A DNA stretch of 64,000 nucleotides. Origin: Rhizophagus irregularis (taxonomy: Eukaryota). The stretch covers positions 4,216,001-4,280,000 of the forward strand of contig NC_089431.1 in assembly GCF_026210795.1 (NCBI RefSeq), in the 5' to 3' direction. A model generated the notes under the pieces. That model was not told where the DNA came from. It ran no database searches and saw nothing but the letters and a program-made list of their open reading frames with translations. Positions within the stretch are counted from its first letter, which is position 1, and the number at the start of each line of letters is the position of its first letter. Positions 11,432 to 23,999 of the stretch are shown piece after piece. The translations under genes were made by a program, and so were the position numbers.

Positions 11432-13130
11432 ATGAATTTAGGCGCCCAAAAAGTTTCTTTTTTGAGCTTGCTGATCCTTTCTCGGACACCAATAATCTTC
11501 ATTTGTTTTTACACACCAATGATTATCACATGGATTCTACGCCTATTCGATACACATCCACAAGCCATTTGCCTAACACAAAATATCAAATTAGTAAAAT
11601 GCTCACACACTTTTTTACCTTACAAAAAGTTTTACCCTGACGTATTCAACAAAAGTATTTTGGATTGATTCGCCGGAAATTATTGGAACGAATTGACTTC
11701 ATCAAGTCATGTGCATCTAAAAGAACTTTGAAGAACACCATTATACGCACTTTCTTCTCATTCTCTTATAAGCGCTATCGCTTCCATTTTGGCATTTACA
11801 TTCCTTGCAAACACGCTTACTCATCTGGTTCGTTACACTTTCTCACCTGGTGTCATAGCCCGAGCCCTTTCGTTATGTCTTTAAATAGACGCACTTGTGG
11901 TACTCATCAATCTGAATTCTCGAGAAAAGAAATCAATCATCACCTGAAACCTGTGCCTAATTGGAACCCAGGATTTACAAATTCAAAATCTTCACATGCA
12001 AACTTTTTATACGACCTTTGGCAACATCGATGGAAAAATGAAATCTTTTCCAACCGTCTTGGCATTCAATACAATGTCTGTTTTGCAGCCAACAGTAGTA
12101 ATTTCGTGCGAAAGCACCCAGGCGCCTACATTTATAGGAAACACCTTATGAATTTCAAATTCAACCCTAGCAGTAATCCCGCAACAAAACGCAAACAGGA
12201 AACCCGTTTCAAGAGACATTGTGCACGGGTGTTTAAAAACATCAACCCTACATCCCGCACTATGAAAGAGGATAAACTCGCAGCAGGGAGACGTTTTCGC
12301 TTCTTGTTTCATGAATCTCAACACATTTATTCACCTGTTCATCATCTGAAATTCAAACGTTCTTCAAAGGAGAAATTATTACCCGATCCTGATGATTATA
12401 CATTTAATATACCTTACCATTCACTGGAAAATTCCAGTATTACGCCTACAGTTCGTTCACAACCTTTGACATCGTATAGGCCTTCTGGTGCCAACACAAT
12501 CCCCACTATTTGGACGCACAAGAAATCGCGACTCTCGGTGATTTCTTACCACCACTCGGTAAACCCGCCCCTCTTTACTACGGTCATAATCCCGTAGACC
12601 CAACCAAGTTGAACAGTAGTTATTACTTACAATATAACCCTAATCAACCTGATTTACCTCCAAGTATTGAAATACGTATAGCTAACCGCTTAGATTTAGA
12701 CTCATCTGACGCTAACGGTATGGGTACTACACTTAAACATTTTTATCGTCAAGCATTATCAACTCGACAAATCACGGTCTGGACTAAACAGTACCATAAA
12801 TATATGAAACAACCTCCACCACCTCCAATGCCTTCCAAGAAGAAACAGAAGCACAAGTGGAAGAAATGGATGGAAAAGCATCAGGACTATGATGACTTTA
12901 TGAGTAAACCGTACACTTATAAACCCTTTACTCCGGACAAATACCATACAGATCTCTTTGGTCTCGTTTCATACACATCAGACGAGACTAAAACGGTGGA
13001 ATACCACCCTAATAAGAGGGATATTACGACCAATCCTTCTGTTCTGTCTACATCACATGACAATAAACGACCAAGACCAGCGAATAGTTACCTACCCGAC
13101 TCCCTATTTACTAGTCTTAATTCTAATTAA
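11432..13130 (+). pseudogene. Basic, His/Cys-containing protein of unknown function carried by the element, probably one ORF split by two frameshifts (~11650 and ~12505)
   Basis: Three overlapping same-strand ORFs (11432-11668, 11665-12597, 12510-13130). The C-terminal motif TSDETKTVEYHPNKR matches TSDDTKELEQRPNKK in the second copy at ~24580-24625. Confidence 0.6.
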
Positions 13131-13277
13131 ATTAGTTTCTTTTTCTATATATGTATATTTTTCTTGTAATGAGTCTTATAACATTTTTCCTACTTTATAC
13201 TTTACATTCTACATTTTGGCGTCTAATTTACCCTACGTCACCATGTATATATGTAAACATATCAAACAATTTAAAAT

Positions 13278-13342
13278 AGTGTGAACCACTCCACTTATGA
13301 CAGTATTGACAAGTGGCAGCCTTAGGGCTGAAAGCAAAATAC
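13278..13342 (+). ncRNA. Candidate structured RNA motif (three hairpins plus pseudoknot) in element 3' UTR, copy 1
   Basis: Helices AGTG/CACT, CCACTT/AAGTGG and CAGCC/GGCTG; loop GTATT is complementary to downstream AATAC. Compensatory changes relative to copy 2. Confidence 0.55.
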
Positions 13343-13868
13343 GGATTTTATTAATGTTTCTTGTTTTTTTTTTCTTGGAATTTTGGTAAGATTGTTTTAA
13401 ATTTAATTTTTTTAGTTCTGCTTTTTCATTCGATAGTACCTTTTAGACACCCGGTTATGCCTGATTGTTCTATTGAATAGTGGGCAAGACGACCCCTTCG
13501 GGCTCCTCCCGAGAGGTTGGGTTTAACATTAGCTTAGAATTTATTGTTCTTTTAGATCATGTTTATTCCTATTTAGCGTTCGACCCCAGTCGTGTCTGTA
13601 TTTTAAAAATAAAAATAAAAATAAAAGTAATTCATATGAAGTTTTTCTCGATAGAATCTATAGATAGAATTGAAGATACGTAAATCAAAATCTGTGTTAA
13701 CGTTTGTAGGTGGATTTTCAAATGATGTGCACATTCAATTTCTACTAGTTTGTGAACGTGAATATAACGATTTTTTTAAATTCTTATATTTTTTTATTTT
13801 CAAATATATATATATAAAGTTACATATCTACATATTTTAACGTAAAAATAATAAAAAAAAAATGGTCA

Positions 13869-15967
13869 TTAATTTTGTTCTCTTTTATAAAGAATCTCAT
13901 AATGTGCAGGACGATATAATAAAATTAAAGGTTTTAAATTATTATTATACACGATATCAGGATAAAATTCACGAAAATTAACACGTTCCATCGTATCAGA
14001 TCCATTAATATAACCAATTTCAACTGGAACTTTTAATGCTTTAACTAATGCAATAACATGAAGATGATCAGCTTCTTGATCCATTGCTTCTACAAAGTTA
14101 GTACAAAATTGATCCATATCAATTTCAAATTCTAAAAAAGGTTCATAATCATCACGATATAATTTTAAATAAGCCGCAGTAATTAAACGTAAAAAGTATA
14201 CAATATAACAAGAAATTTCTTCAGCTTGAAACGTTACTAATAACATATCTTCGTCAATTTCATCATCCATAATATTTTTAATTTGTTGTTCAATAATATT
14301 ATAGGCATCTTCATAAATAATTGAACTATATCCGGCTGAAATAAGAAGTGTATTTGTTGCAGCCAAAGTATTAAGTGCAGATTGACAAAGAGCTTTATTT
14401 TTTGAATTTAAAAGTTGTTCAAACCATGCAAACATAAATGCTAAATAATTATAATAATTATGATATTGATTAATTACATGGAAATTCACGGAAATTCACG
14501 GTAACAAGTGAATACATTACCTCTATAAAAACTGTTACCATCACTTCGACAACGTCTTATTTTATTGTATTGTTCTGCCAAGTTCTAACATTATTAATTA
14601 TAAAGAATTAATTCTCATTATCATATAATGTTGATACGCAAAAAGATGATGACAAACCATAATTCTTTGCAGATAAATTTCGCCACTCTCCTCATATTCA
14701 TGATATAACAATTGAATATCCTCTGTTGTACAAACAGGAGGTGTTTCAATTAGATCACTTTCCCAAATCAGTTGTGAACTAATATCAGTTTCCTGTGTGG
14801 CATTTAAGGTATTAGTAGAATTGGAAGTAACTTGCGCAGTATTTGAGGTAGTAGACTGAGAGGTAACCACGGATTCTCGTGTAGTATTTGAAGTAGTAGA
14901 TTGGGAGGTAACTTCGGGTTCTCGTCTAGTATTTAAGGAGGTAGATTGGGAAGCAATTCTTGCTCTCATTGCAGAATTTAAAGGAATAACAATTTTTGTA
15001 TTGATAGGGATTGTCTTGTTTATCCGTGGTTTTGATTGTTTACTACCATCCAGAAAATATTTCAATAATTCTTTGTATAATTCTTTAGGTATAATCTTCT
15101 GATAAGGTAACACTTTATTTGTAAATTCATTAGAAGATAAATTATAAAATCTCACACAAGGAATACATTGTTGTAAAGTATTCTTTAAAGTAATAAAATT
15201 ATCTTTCGTACAATTGGAAGGATCCGAAGGAAGTCCAGGATTTTGAGCGAGACCCCATTTAAGAACATAATCCCATACTTGAACTTCACTAATTTTAAGA
15301 TTATTATTTTGAATGATAGAAATCAAAGATTTTTCTGGTATTGATACAAAATTAGGTGAATTTAAGATCTTTTCCGGTTCGTTAGAAATTAAATCATTAC
15401 AAAATTTTTGAAGAACTGATAATGAATCATTTTCAAAACTTGTTTGATATATGATATTAAAATTTTGTTCCATCCAATTTTTTTTATTTTCAATCAAAAA
15501 AGATTGTAAAAAATCAATTAATTCTTCAAGATTAAAATCGTTAGCAGCTTTCAAAATTTTAATAATATCTGAAGTATCAAATTCATCCAAAGAAAGATTT
15601 CCTCCATAAATATATCTAAATATAAAAAAAAATTAAATAAAAAAAAAATCATTTATAAAAAAAAATGAAATCTATTAATTTTTAAACGTAATTAAATTAT
15701 TCATTCTTACTTTAAAATTATTTGAAAAATATCCGGTAAAATATTTGGTAATTTAATTTGTGTCAAAGTTCCATCATTCTTCTTTTCATTATTTGTTGAT
15801 AAAACATTTTGAAAATAAGGGGAACGACAATTTAAAATTACCATATGAGAATGAAAAATTTTTACGTCAGAATTTTTTCCAACTTCAATTATAATATCAT
15901 GATATTTATTATTATTCACATTTTCAAGTAAATTTTGTGATAATTTAGGTAAAAATTTATCATTCAT
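13869..15967 (-). CDS. BTB/POZ-BACK fused to an otubain (peptidase C65, OTU) domain with catalytic Cys->Ser; exons 15967-15711, 15615-14658, 14584-14521, 14440-13869
   Basis: Canonical GT-AG splicing keeps the frame and yields LLYHEYEESGEIYLQRIM-NLAEQYNKIRRCRSDGNSFYR-AFMFAWFEQLL...YFLRLITAAYL...VEAMDQEADHLHVIAL...LLYRPAHYEILY. This is collinear with OTUB1 (RKTRPDGNCFYRAF; LLYRPGHYDILY). Confidence 0.9.
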
Positions 15968-18900
15968 TATGATCGTAAATTCGTAATTATAAAAAAAAAG
16001 ATTTATATTTAACAATGAAAACGACGGGACGTTTTTTTATAAAAAAAAAAAAAAAAAAATTTAACTTTTTTAAACTTTTAGCTTCTTATGATCTTTACGA
16101 TACCGAATTTAGTTTATCAGTGAAGAATATTCTTATTATACTTTTGCATTGCAGTACATCTTATGCAATGTTTTATAAGGTTCTATGGCGCGAGCAAATT
16201 GTCAATGATCTGCGTGAAAATTTTCATTATGCGTAAAAAAGTATTATATGATCGAAATGTCAAAGAATTTAAATAAGTCGTCATTTAGTTCTTTAATAAG
16301 AAGTTATGGCTTTTTTTCCTTAATAATAATTGATAAGATTTTTTTACTTGATTATCAATTGATTTTCACAAGGAAAAATTTCGTTAAAAATTGAGGTAAA
16401 AAAAATTCGGAGAATCGGTGCTGCATTTTTACGCGTATACTAACGCTAATTGGATACATATTAAATCTTATTTCTTTATATCATAAATAAATTTATATAA
16501 TTATTAAATAGAAGCCTTATAAAAATTGACAATAAAATAAAAGCCTTATAAAAAAAAAATTTTTTTTTTATAGTAGTATTTATTAATCCAAGAATAAATT
16601 AAAAATTTATTTGTCAAAACGGAAGTTTATTTTTACCATCCACTAGAATTTATGCAAAAATCCTATTTTAAGTTAAATAAATGAATTTAATATGAATTTA
16701 TTATTTTCTAAATAAAACTAACTATTAAAAAAATAACCTAATAAATATGAAAGTTAAAAAATAGTTACGTTAATATTTCAACCTTAAAATTAGAAATAAG
16801 TGATTTTTCTCTTTTATGACATATTTTTTTAATATAATAGGACAAATGTTATAACCACGTTTTCTGTAGGATTTTTTTTTATTTAAATCATACTTTTAGA
16901 ACATCATTTTTACAATTTTTTATTTTTTTGTTTTAAAAAAATTAAAATAATAATACTGTAATAGTAAATTAGTTATAATTTTTATAACAAAATAAAATTA
17001 ACATAAGAAAAAAGATATAAAGAATGAAAATGTATATAACAACATAGTATTGAAACTTAAACTTTCAATGTTTAATCTCGAGAAGAACATAGAAGATAGT
17101 GATAAAATATTACCGCTATTGCCAAGTAAAAATTTTGCTATGGCGATTTGGTACTCCTTTTAATAACATTACTAGCTAATTATGTCGGATAAATGGAAAT
17201 AATATAAATCTGACGATAACACTTGTACATTAAAGATACGACCTTGTGAAAGGATAAGATCATTCTGACTAGATGTCACGATCGTCTACGAGAAATATTG
17301 ACGAAGATCTTAATTTGATAATATTAAAGAACATTATATTAGACGAGCCAGTCGAGCCATATTTCTATTCTAGAGCACTATCATGATTAAGAAAAGAGAA
17401 ACTAACTATCGACAAAAGCAAGGATTACTCAAAAGTGATTTGTAGGTTTACAAAAAAAAGTTTTATTGAAATTAATATCCTTCTTTTCATTAATGACAAC
17501 ACGAATAGTACATACCCAAAGCAAATATTCTACCGACAATAATGAAACTATAGATATTTATTGACAATTCTTACATTAGAACTGATAATCTGATAACAGA
17601 TGTTTTTGCGCAAATGATCCCTTTAGGAAGTTTTCTAGTAAATACTGGGTCTCATCAAGAAAAAAAATTATTTTATTAAAATAGCATCATATAGAGAAAG
17701 CTTAATTAGATTGATAATTTTATAATCGAATCAACTTATACTAAAATCCACAGAACAAAAATCTTAGGAATTTAGATAAACAAATTTATTATATATATAT
17801 ATAGACACTGAAACTATCAACTACAGACGCCTATATATATATATACACATATATATAACTTATATAATTATTTAAGGAGATAAAGAGTTTTTAAACCCAA
17901 TTTAAATAATTAAACAAGGACTCAGCATTATGAAGAGAAAGAATAATTATATTTTAATTGTTTAACTAGTTATTTATAGGTTTATATACTTGATTTGATC
18001 ACAATCCATATTTTTATATTCAAAATTCAATATGGTTTACATCTAAAAATTAATTCTAAAGTCCTACAAATATTTTTTTACTATAGAAAGGTTGTTGGAA
18101 TTGTCAAATACATGGAAAAGAAAGTATATGAAGTATAAAGCACAGATAAATTTCTATATAATATACTTGCCTAAAACTACAGACCACCCCTTCGAGAAAT
18201 ATTAATTTCACATCACGTGATAAAAATACCATAGTAATGTACTAATAATAAAACAACTAATAATATATAGAATAGAATTAAAATAGATAAGATAGAATTA
18301 TAAAAACAAAAAATCATAAATATTAAATGCTTTTTTTCTAAAAAATAATAAAATAATAAATATCGCTATTTGATAATGTTTTTTAAAAAATTTAAAAGTC
18401 CAGTGGCAAAATTAACATTTTTACATTAGTTAAAACATATAAATTTTTAGAATAAATTAGAACATAATATCGAGCCTGATAATATTTATCATGATGATGA
18501 CGAAAAGATTGATAATACAATCAGTTTAATTGATCATTAAAATGCTGGATCGTTAATTTTTATATTATATTAGCAATTAATATAGCAGTAATAAAGAGAA
18601 TATAGATAAGAATAATATGAGATGCTTAAAAAAATTAATTCAAAGATACTAGACTAAAACAGGAATTTGCTACAAATACATACAGTATTTGTTATTTATT
18701 GTTATGATCTCAAAGAGTGGGAATTCAAAGCTTTTCATAAACTTCTCATAAAAAAATGGTTATAATTTCTATGTCAAAAATATATATATTATTGCTTTAT
18801 TGCTTAAATTTATTATATAATCTTGACCAATTACGGTTTTCATTAAATTATAGTAAGAAAATAGATGCCTATATATAGATATTTAATTACATTTTAATAA

Positions 18901-20964
18901 TTTAAATGTGTATTTAAAAATTACAATTCATTCAGTAAAAAAAATGCATTAATACTTATGGCAGTATTATATAGAAAAATATTTAATATTTTAGATATGA
19001 TCATAATACACTTTCTTTAATCAACTTTGGATCATGAGGATATAATTCCAAAGTTAATGCTATTTACAGCAAGAATTATATTACTATCCGAGAATGATGC
19101 CATTTTCAAGCACGAAAAAGAGCATGATGATCGATTACCTATGTTGACTAGTTCGTAAAACTTGTGGTTTTCTATAACAAATAGTGACCTTCCAGACATC
19201 AACAATGCATGATCTGGTTCGTTGTAAAAGATAGAGTTGATATGTCAAACAATTACATAAAATCACTGGAGATTGCAACAAGAAGGGCGAATTGACGAAC
19301 ATCCGAACATCACAAACGCCAACTTATGAATTCAAGGAGAGATCAAGTATGAAATTTATTATTTAACTGCAAGCAATTAATTAACTATTATTAACTTTAT
19401 TAATTCTTTTTTATAGAAAATTGGAAAGCGTAGAAATGGATTACAGATATGATAAGAGCCGATGATAAGTTATTAACAAAATGTTGCCCCAAAAATATTA
19501 CGTTGGACACATTTATGAAAAACTGCGAAAAAGCATGAAAGGGTTGGCATATTTCAAAAATTTAACAAAAAAAAAAATTCTTTCAACTATGGTACCAAAC
19601 TTACAAAAGAAAAATTTTAATTAAAAATATGAAAGAATGTTTAATATACTTTATAGTTATTACAGCTGATTTTGAAAAACACAGCATAATATAATATAGG
19701 ATTTTCAGTATATAGATCTAGCGTTATTCCCGTCGTCGACGACACCGTCATCGACACCATCATTAAATAATTTTTATTTGTCTATTTTTTTTTATTTTTA
19801 TATTTATTATTCTATTTTTATGTTTTTACACTATATTATTCTATTTTTTTTTTATTTTATTCTCCATTTCACCGAATCGAATATCTAAAACGAAAAAAAA
19901 ATATTAAATTAAATAAATTAAAATTAAAATATTATAAAATTTTTTCTATTTTATAAAATTTATAAGTCCCATAATTTTAAATATTTAATAGAAATTATTT
20001 TAATTTTTTTTAAAAAGATTCTATTAAGCATAATTGTGTTTTACTGCCATAATTATTTACGTACAACTTCAAGGAACGGAGGAAGGTAAAGTAAAATGGA
20101 TAAGAACAAAAGCAGTAGAGTCTAAACTCTAAAGGGATAAGAAGAAAAATGGCGGATAAATGTAAAAAAGACAGGAGGTAGCATGGGATAACGAGATGAA
20201 AATGAAAAAAAATAGTTAAGTAAAAATAAAAGTTACGAGATAAAGGTAACGCTTCGAAATTTTTTTAAAATTAAGAGAAAAATTTAAATCCCAACGGGCA
20301 AGTAAAAAATGATACTGAGGGATGAAATCTTCGTGAAATTGTACTAAAGACGTTATTTTTATAGTTATATTATAGGACCGGCGCAGTGTATTCTTTCTGG
20401 GGAATCGGATATTAACATATAATTTGGATCTTGTCTTATATTCATTATTTTTACATAATGTTCAGGAGAAATCGATGTAGGTTGACATCGAATAAAATTT
20501 TTTTCAATAATCAAACTTGTTATGTCCTTTTATTATTATTTTTTTTTTCATTATTATTATTTTAATTATATTTATTATAATATAACATAAGTGAACGATA
20601 TGATAATCGATGATACGTTATTGCCAATATCAATTAGAATATTCCGGAGTATATAATAAAGTAATTATTGATGCTTTAACATTTGAAACTATCAAACTAT
20701 CTAATTATAGATGGATAAAATACTGTATGTGTTAAACTATGTAAACTATATAAAACCTATAAAACCAGCTTTTTGTGATCGAAAACGAATATATACACAA
20801 TTGCGAGAAATAAAAGATTTTTAAAATAAATAAGCGCATCATAAATTTTTCTAACTTGAGGGTATCGAAGAAATATATGTAATGATAAGAAAAAAAAATC
20901 GATAATTTATAAATAAATCGGTCAACACTTCCTTTATAATTGATACGTTCGTTAATATTAAAGA

Positions 20965-22801
20965 TTAAAAGATTGAACAGGAATCTTCTGAAATTTGGTA
21001 TACTTCATAATCTTCTACAGAAAATGTATCTCCAGTTCCCCTGATAGATTTTTCATAAGAACCTCTTTTACAACAACCACTATAAGAATTATTTCCAGAT
21101 AAAACGAGGTCACCGTTACCAAATGATGGACCGTAAGAAGAGTTATTAAGTATAGCGGACCGTTCGTTCTTCACACGACTTAAAATACAATCATCATTTT
21201 TAAAAGAGAATATAAAACTATTACTAGCAGTACCATAACTACTTTTTGATTTCCATACAACCGGATTATACCCTCCAATAATCTCATTACCGCCTTTTAC
21301 TTTAACAATTGTTAGAGTGCGAGCTTTATTATCACAGATTTTGTGAAATTTTTCGGGTGAAAATCCATCACGAGATCCACTAATTAATAATTTGAACTCA
21401 TATGAAGAAGTTAATTCATCAGTAATTTCTAAATTGTCAATCCATTTTGTGATTATTTCAGCATGCTTAAATGTAATGATATTTGAATCTATACCTCCAA
21501 ACGATTCATTAGATTTGGACATACGACGTTCCGGATTAGTCTTTTTATGCTCTGCAGCCATTTGAGTTATCTCCCTAGTAGTCTCCTCGGTCGGCACAGG
21601 TTCTAATTGAGCTACCTCCTCAGTCATCTCAGATTCTAATTGAGTTATCACTTCAGTCATCTCAGATTCTAATTTAGCTATCCTCTCAGTATCTTCAGTC
21701 ATCTCAGTTATCTTAGTCTCTTGAGTCACAAAATCCTCTTGAAGCTCATCAGACATCTGAGATTCTAATTTAATGTCTTGAAATTCATCGTAGCGAGATT
21801 TTGGCCTATCATTTGGTTTATTGTTATGACTCAAAAAATATTTAACCAAGTCCTTATATAATTCTTTTGGTAAAACTCTCTTAAAAGGTAATACTTTTTT
21901 CGAAAATTCATCAGAAGTTAAATTATGGAATCTAATAAAAGGAATACACTCCTGTAAGGTATTCTTTAATATATCAAATTCGTCTTTTGATAAATCTAAA
22001 GGATCAGAGGAAAGTTCTGGATTTTGAGCAAATCCCCATCTAAGTAAATGTTCCCATACTTGAATTTCATTCATTTGAAGATTATTATTTTGAATAATTG
22101 AGACCAAAAGTTTTTCTGGAATTGAAAAGAAATTTAATGAATTAAATATTTTTTCTGGTTCGTTAGACGCTAAATTTGTACAAAAGGTTTGAAGGTTTAA
22201 TAAACAATCATATTCAAAACTAGTTTGATATACGATATTAAAATTTTGTTCCATCCAATTTTTTTCATTTTCGATTAAATAATATTGTAAATAATTAATC
22301 AACTCTTCAAGATTAAGTTCACTAGCAACTTTCAAAATATTGATAATTTCTGATGCATCATATCCTTCCAAAGGAAATATTCCTCCATAAATATACCTAA
22401 AATAAAAAAAAAATTCGTTTGTAAAAAATATATATATATATTACATACTGTAAAAAAAATATATATATATAACATACTATAAATATAAATATATATATAT
22501 ATAATAAATTATTTTATCTATTTATAATTTAAATATTTTCTTACCTTAAAACTATTTGAAAAATTTCTGGTAAAATATTTGGTAAATTAATTTTTACCAA
22601 AGTTTCAGGATTTTTCTTTTCATTTGTTAATAAAATATTTTGAAAATAAGTGGAACGACAATTTAAAATGACCATATGGGCATGAAAAAATTTTACGTAA
22701 GGGTCACTTCCAACTTCAATTATAATATCATAAAATTTATCATCATTCAAATTTTTAAGTAAATTTTTTGATAAAGTTGATAAAAATTTATTATCATTCA
22801 T
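20965..22801 (-). CDS. BTB/POZ-BACK-TLDc protein with acidic repeat linker; exons 22801-22545 and 22396-20965
   Basis: BTB and BACK motifs as in the paralogs. TLDc motifs FKLLISGSRDGFSPEKFHKICD, IIGGYNP, SFIFSF, YGPSFG, DYEVYQI. Confidence 0.93.
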
Positions 22802-23002
22802 TTTTTCCTGTTAATTGTAATTTTTAGTTTTTGATTTTTTTTTTTTAATTTAATTCTAGTTTCATGAGAGAATTTGGAAAATGATTTTTTGATCATTTTA
22901 ACTTTATATATATTGATGGTCTGGCGTGATACCGGTTTGAATACGTTTTATTTATTCGTACTACATCGTTATTGTTATCCATTAACAGTCAAGTAACTCA
23001 TT

Positions 23003-23573
23003 CAGTGTATGAAATTCACGCATTTTGCGCAGTGCGCAACAAATAGTCACGTGCAATTTGCGCGATTTTGCGCATATCCGCAAATATTTTCAAATATATT
23101 TTTGCGCAAAATTATTTAGAATTTGATTATAAAATAAATAAATAAATAAAATATTTATTTAATTAAACAGAATTAAGCAATATTAATTAAATTTTAAGTT
23201 ATTAACAACTACTTAAGTACCTAAATGACCTAATTGACCTAGTCGCCCAATAATTGTAAGCCGCCTCAAAATCAAAAGGGTGGACCATTAATTAAAATAT
23301 TTAAATGATAATAAAATGTTTCCAAGCCTCTTTATAGCAAGATTAAATACCTTATTAGTTTAGTGTCATTTATGCCATATTAAAGCAATAAAAAAAAAAA
23401 TTATGATTTTGTGAATTGTGATACAAGAAATTTGCGTACTTTGTACTTTGTGGAATTTACGCACAATTTTGAAAATTCGGGTTGCGCAATGCGCAGATAA
23501 AAATCACGTGAAATTTGCAGAATTTAAAAGTGGTTTGCGCTCCGCAAATTCCCCAAATAGATTTCATACACTG
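23003..23573. mobile_element. MITE-like element with 13-bp TIR and TGCGCA subterminal repeats
   Basis: CAGTGTATGAAAT at 23003 and ATTTCATACACTG ending at 23573; clustered TTTGCGCA motifs near both ends; no intact TSD seen. Confidence 0.7.
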
Positions 23574-23999
23574 TATAAATAAATAAATAAATCACTGCAG
23601 ATTTTGTATACCGATCTTTCAAGTTCAAGTATTGTACAATCAACTCTGGCCAAATGCCAGCCTATCCCACAAATTTAACATTGCATTTATATAAAATGAG
23701 AATTTATGGTAATTGGCGGCTTTTAAAAAGTATACCAATACAAAATTTCAATAAGGCAACGCAAAGTTATAAAATTGGTTTTCATATCACAATTTGCCTT
23801 TTTTTTTGAGCCCGATCACTTAACCAACAAGAATCTTATCAATAAATAAACGCTACTAAAATTATTGTTAACAACTTTCATAGTGTTTTTGCTGTGGTGA
23901 AAAAATTGCGTAAGATGCATTCTGTACTGTATTGACTTCCATTATTAAACAACTAGCCGAAGCATTCTAATCACATGATCGTCAATTATATTACCATGT

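Larger units (their letters stand above)
11094..13626 (+). mobile_element. Retroposed non-LTR-type element (~2.5 kb) with no RT ORF, 14-bp TSD and (TAAAAA)n tail
   Basis: Exact direct repeat GTAATTCATATGAA at 11080-11093 and 13627-13640. A-rich tail at 13605-13626. Visibly higher GC and intronless compared with the flanks. Confidence 0.85.

Noticed and set aside
12007..12947. Antisense ORFs within the retroposed element
   Set aside because: Shadow ORFs of the GC-richer plus-strand coding region with no independent support.
13278..13342. Hammerhead or HDV-like ribozyme assignment
   Set aside because: No CUGANGA/GAAA core in the right arrangement and no HDV nested double-pseudoknot pattern found by eye on either strand; left unclassified.
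13869..14489. Stand-alone otubain gene as given in the ORF track
   Set aside because: Its first ~16 codons are intronic, and the N-terminal otubain helix lies in the BACK-containing exon, so it is part of the fusion.
17000..19620. Possible decayed retroelement or transposase coding sequence
   Set aside because: Looks like eroded coding DNA, but no motif could be read with confidence.
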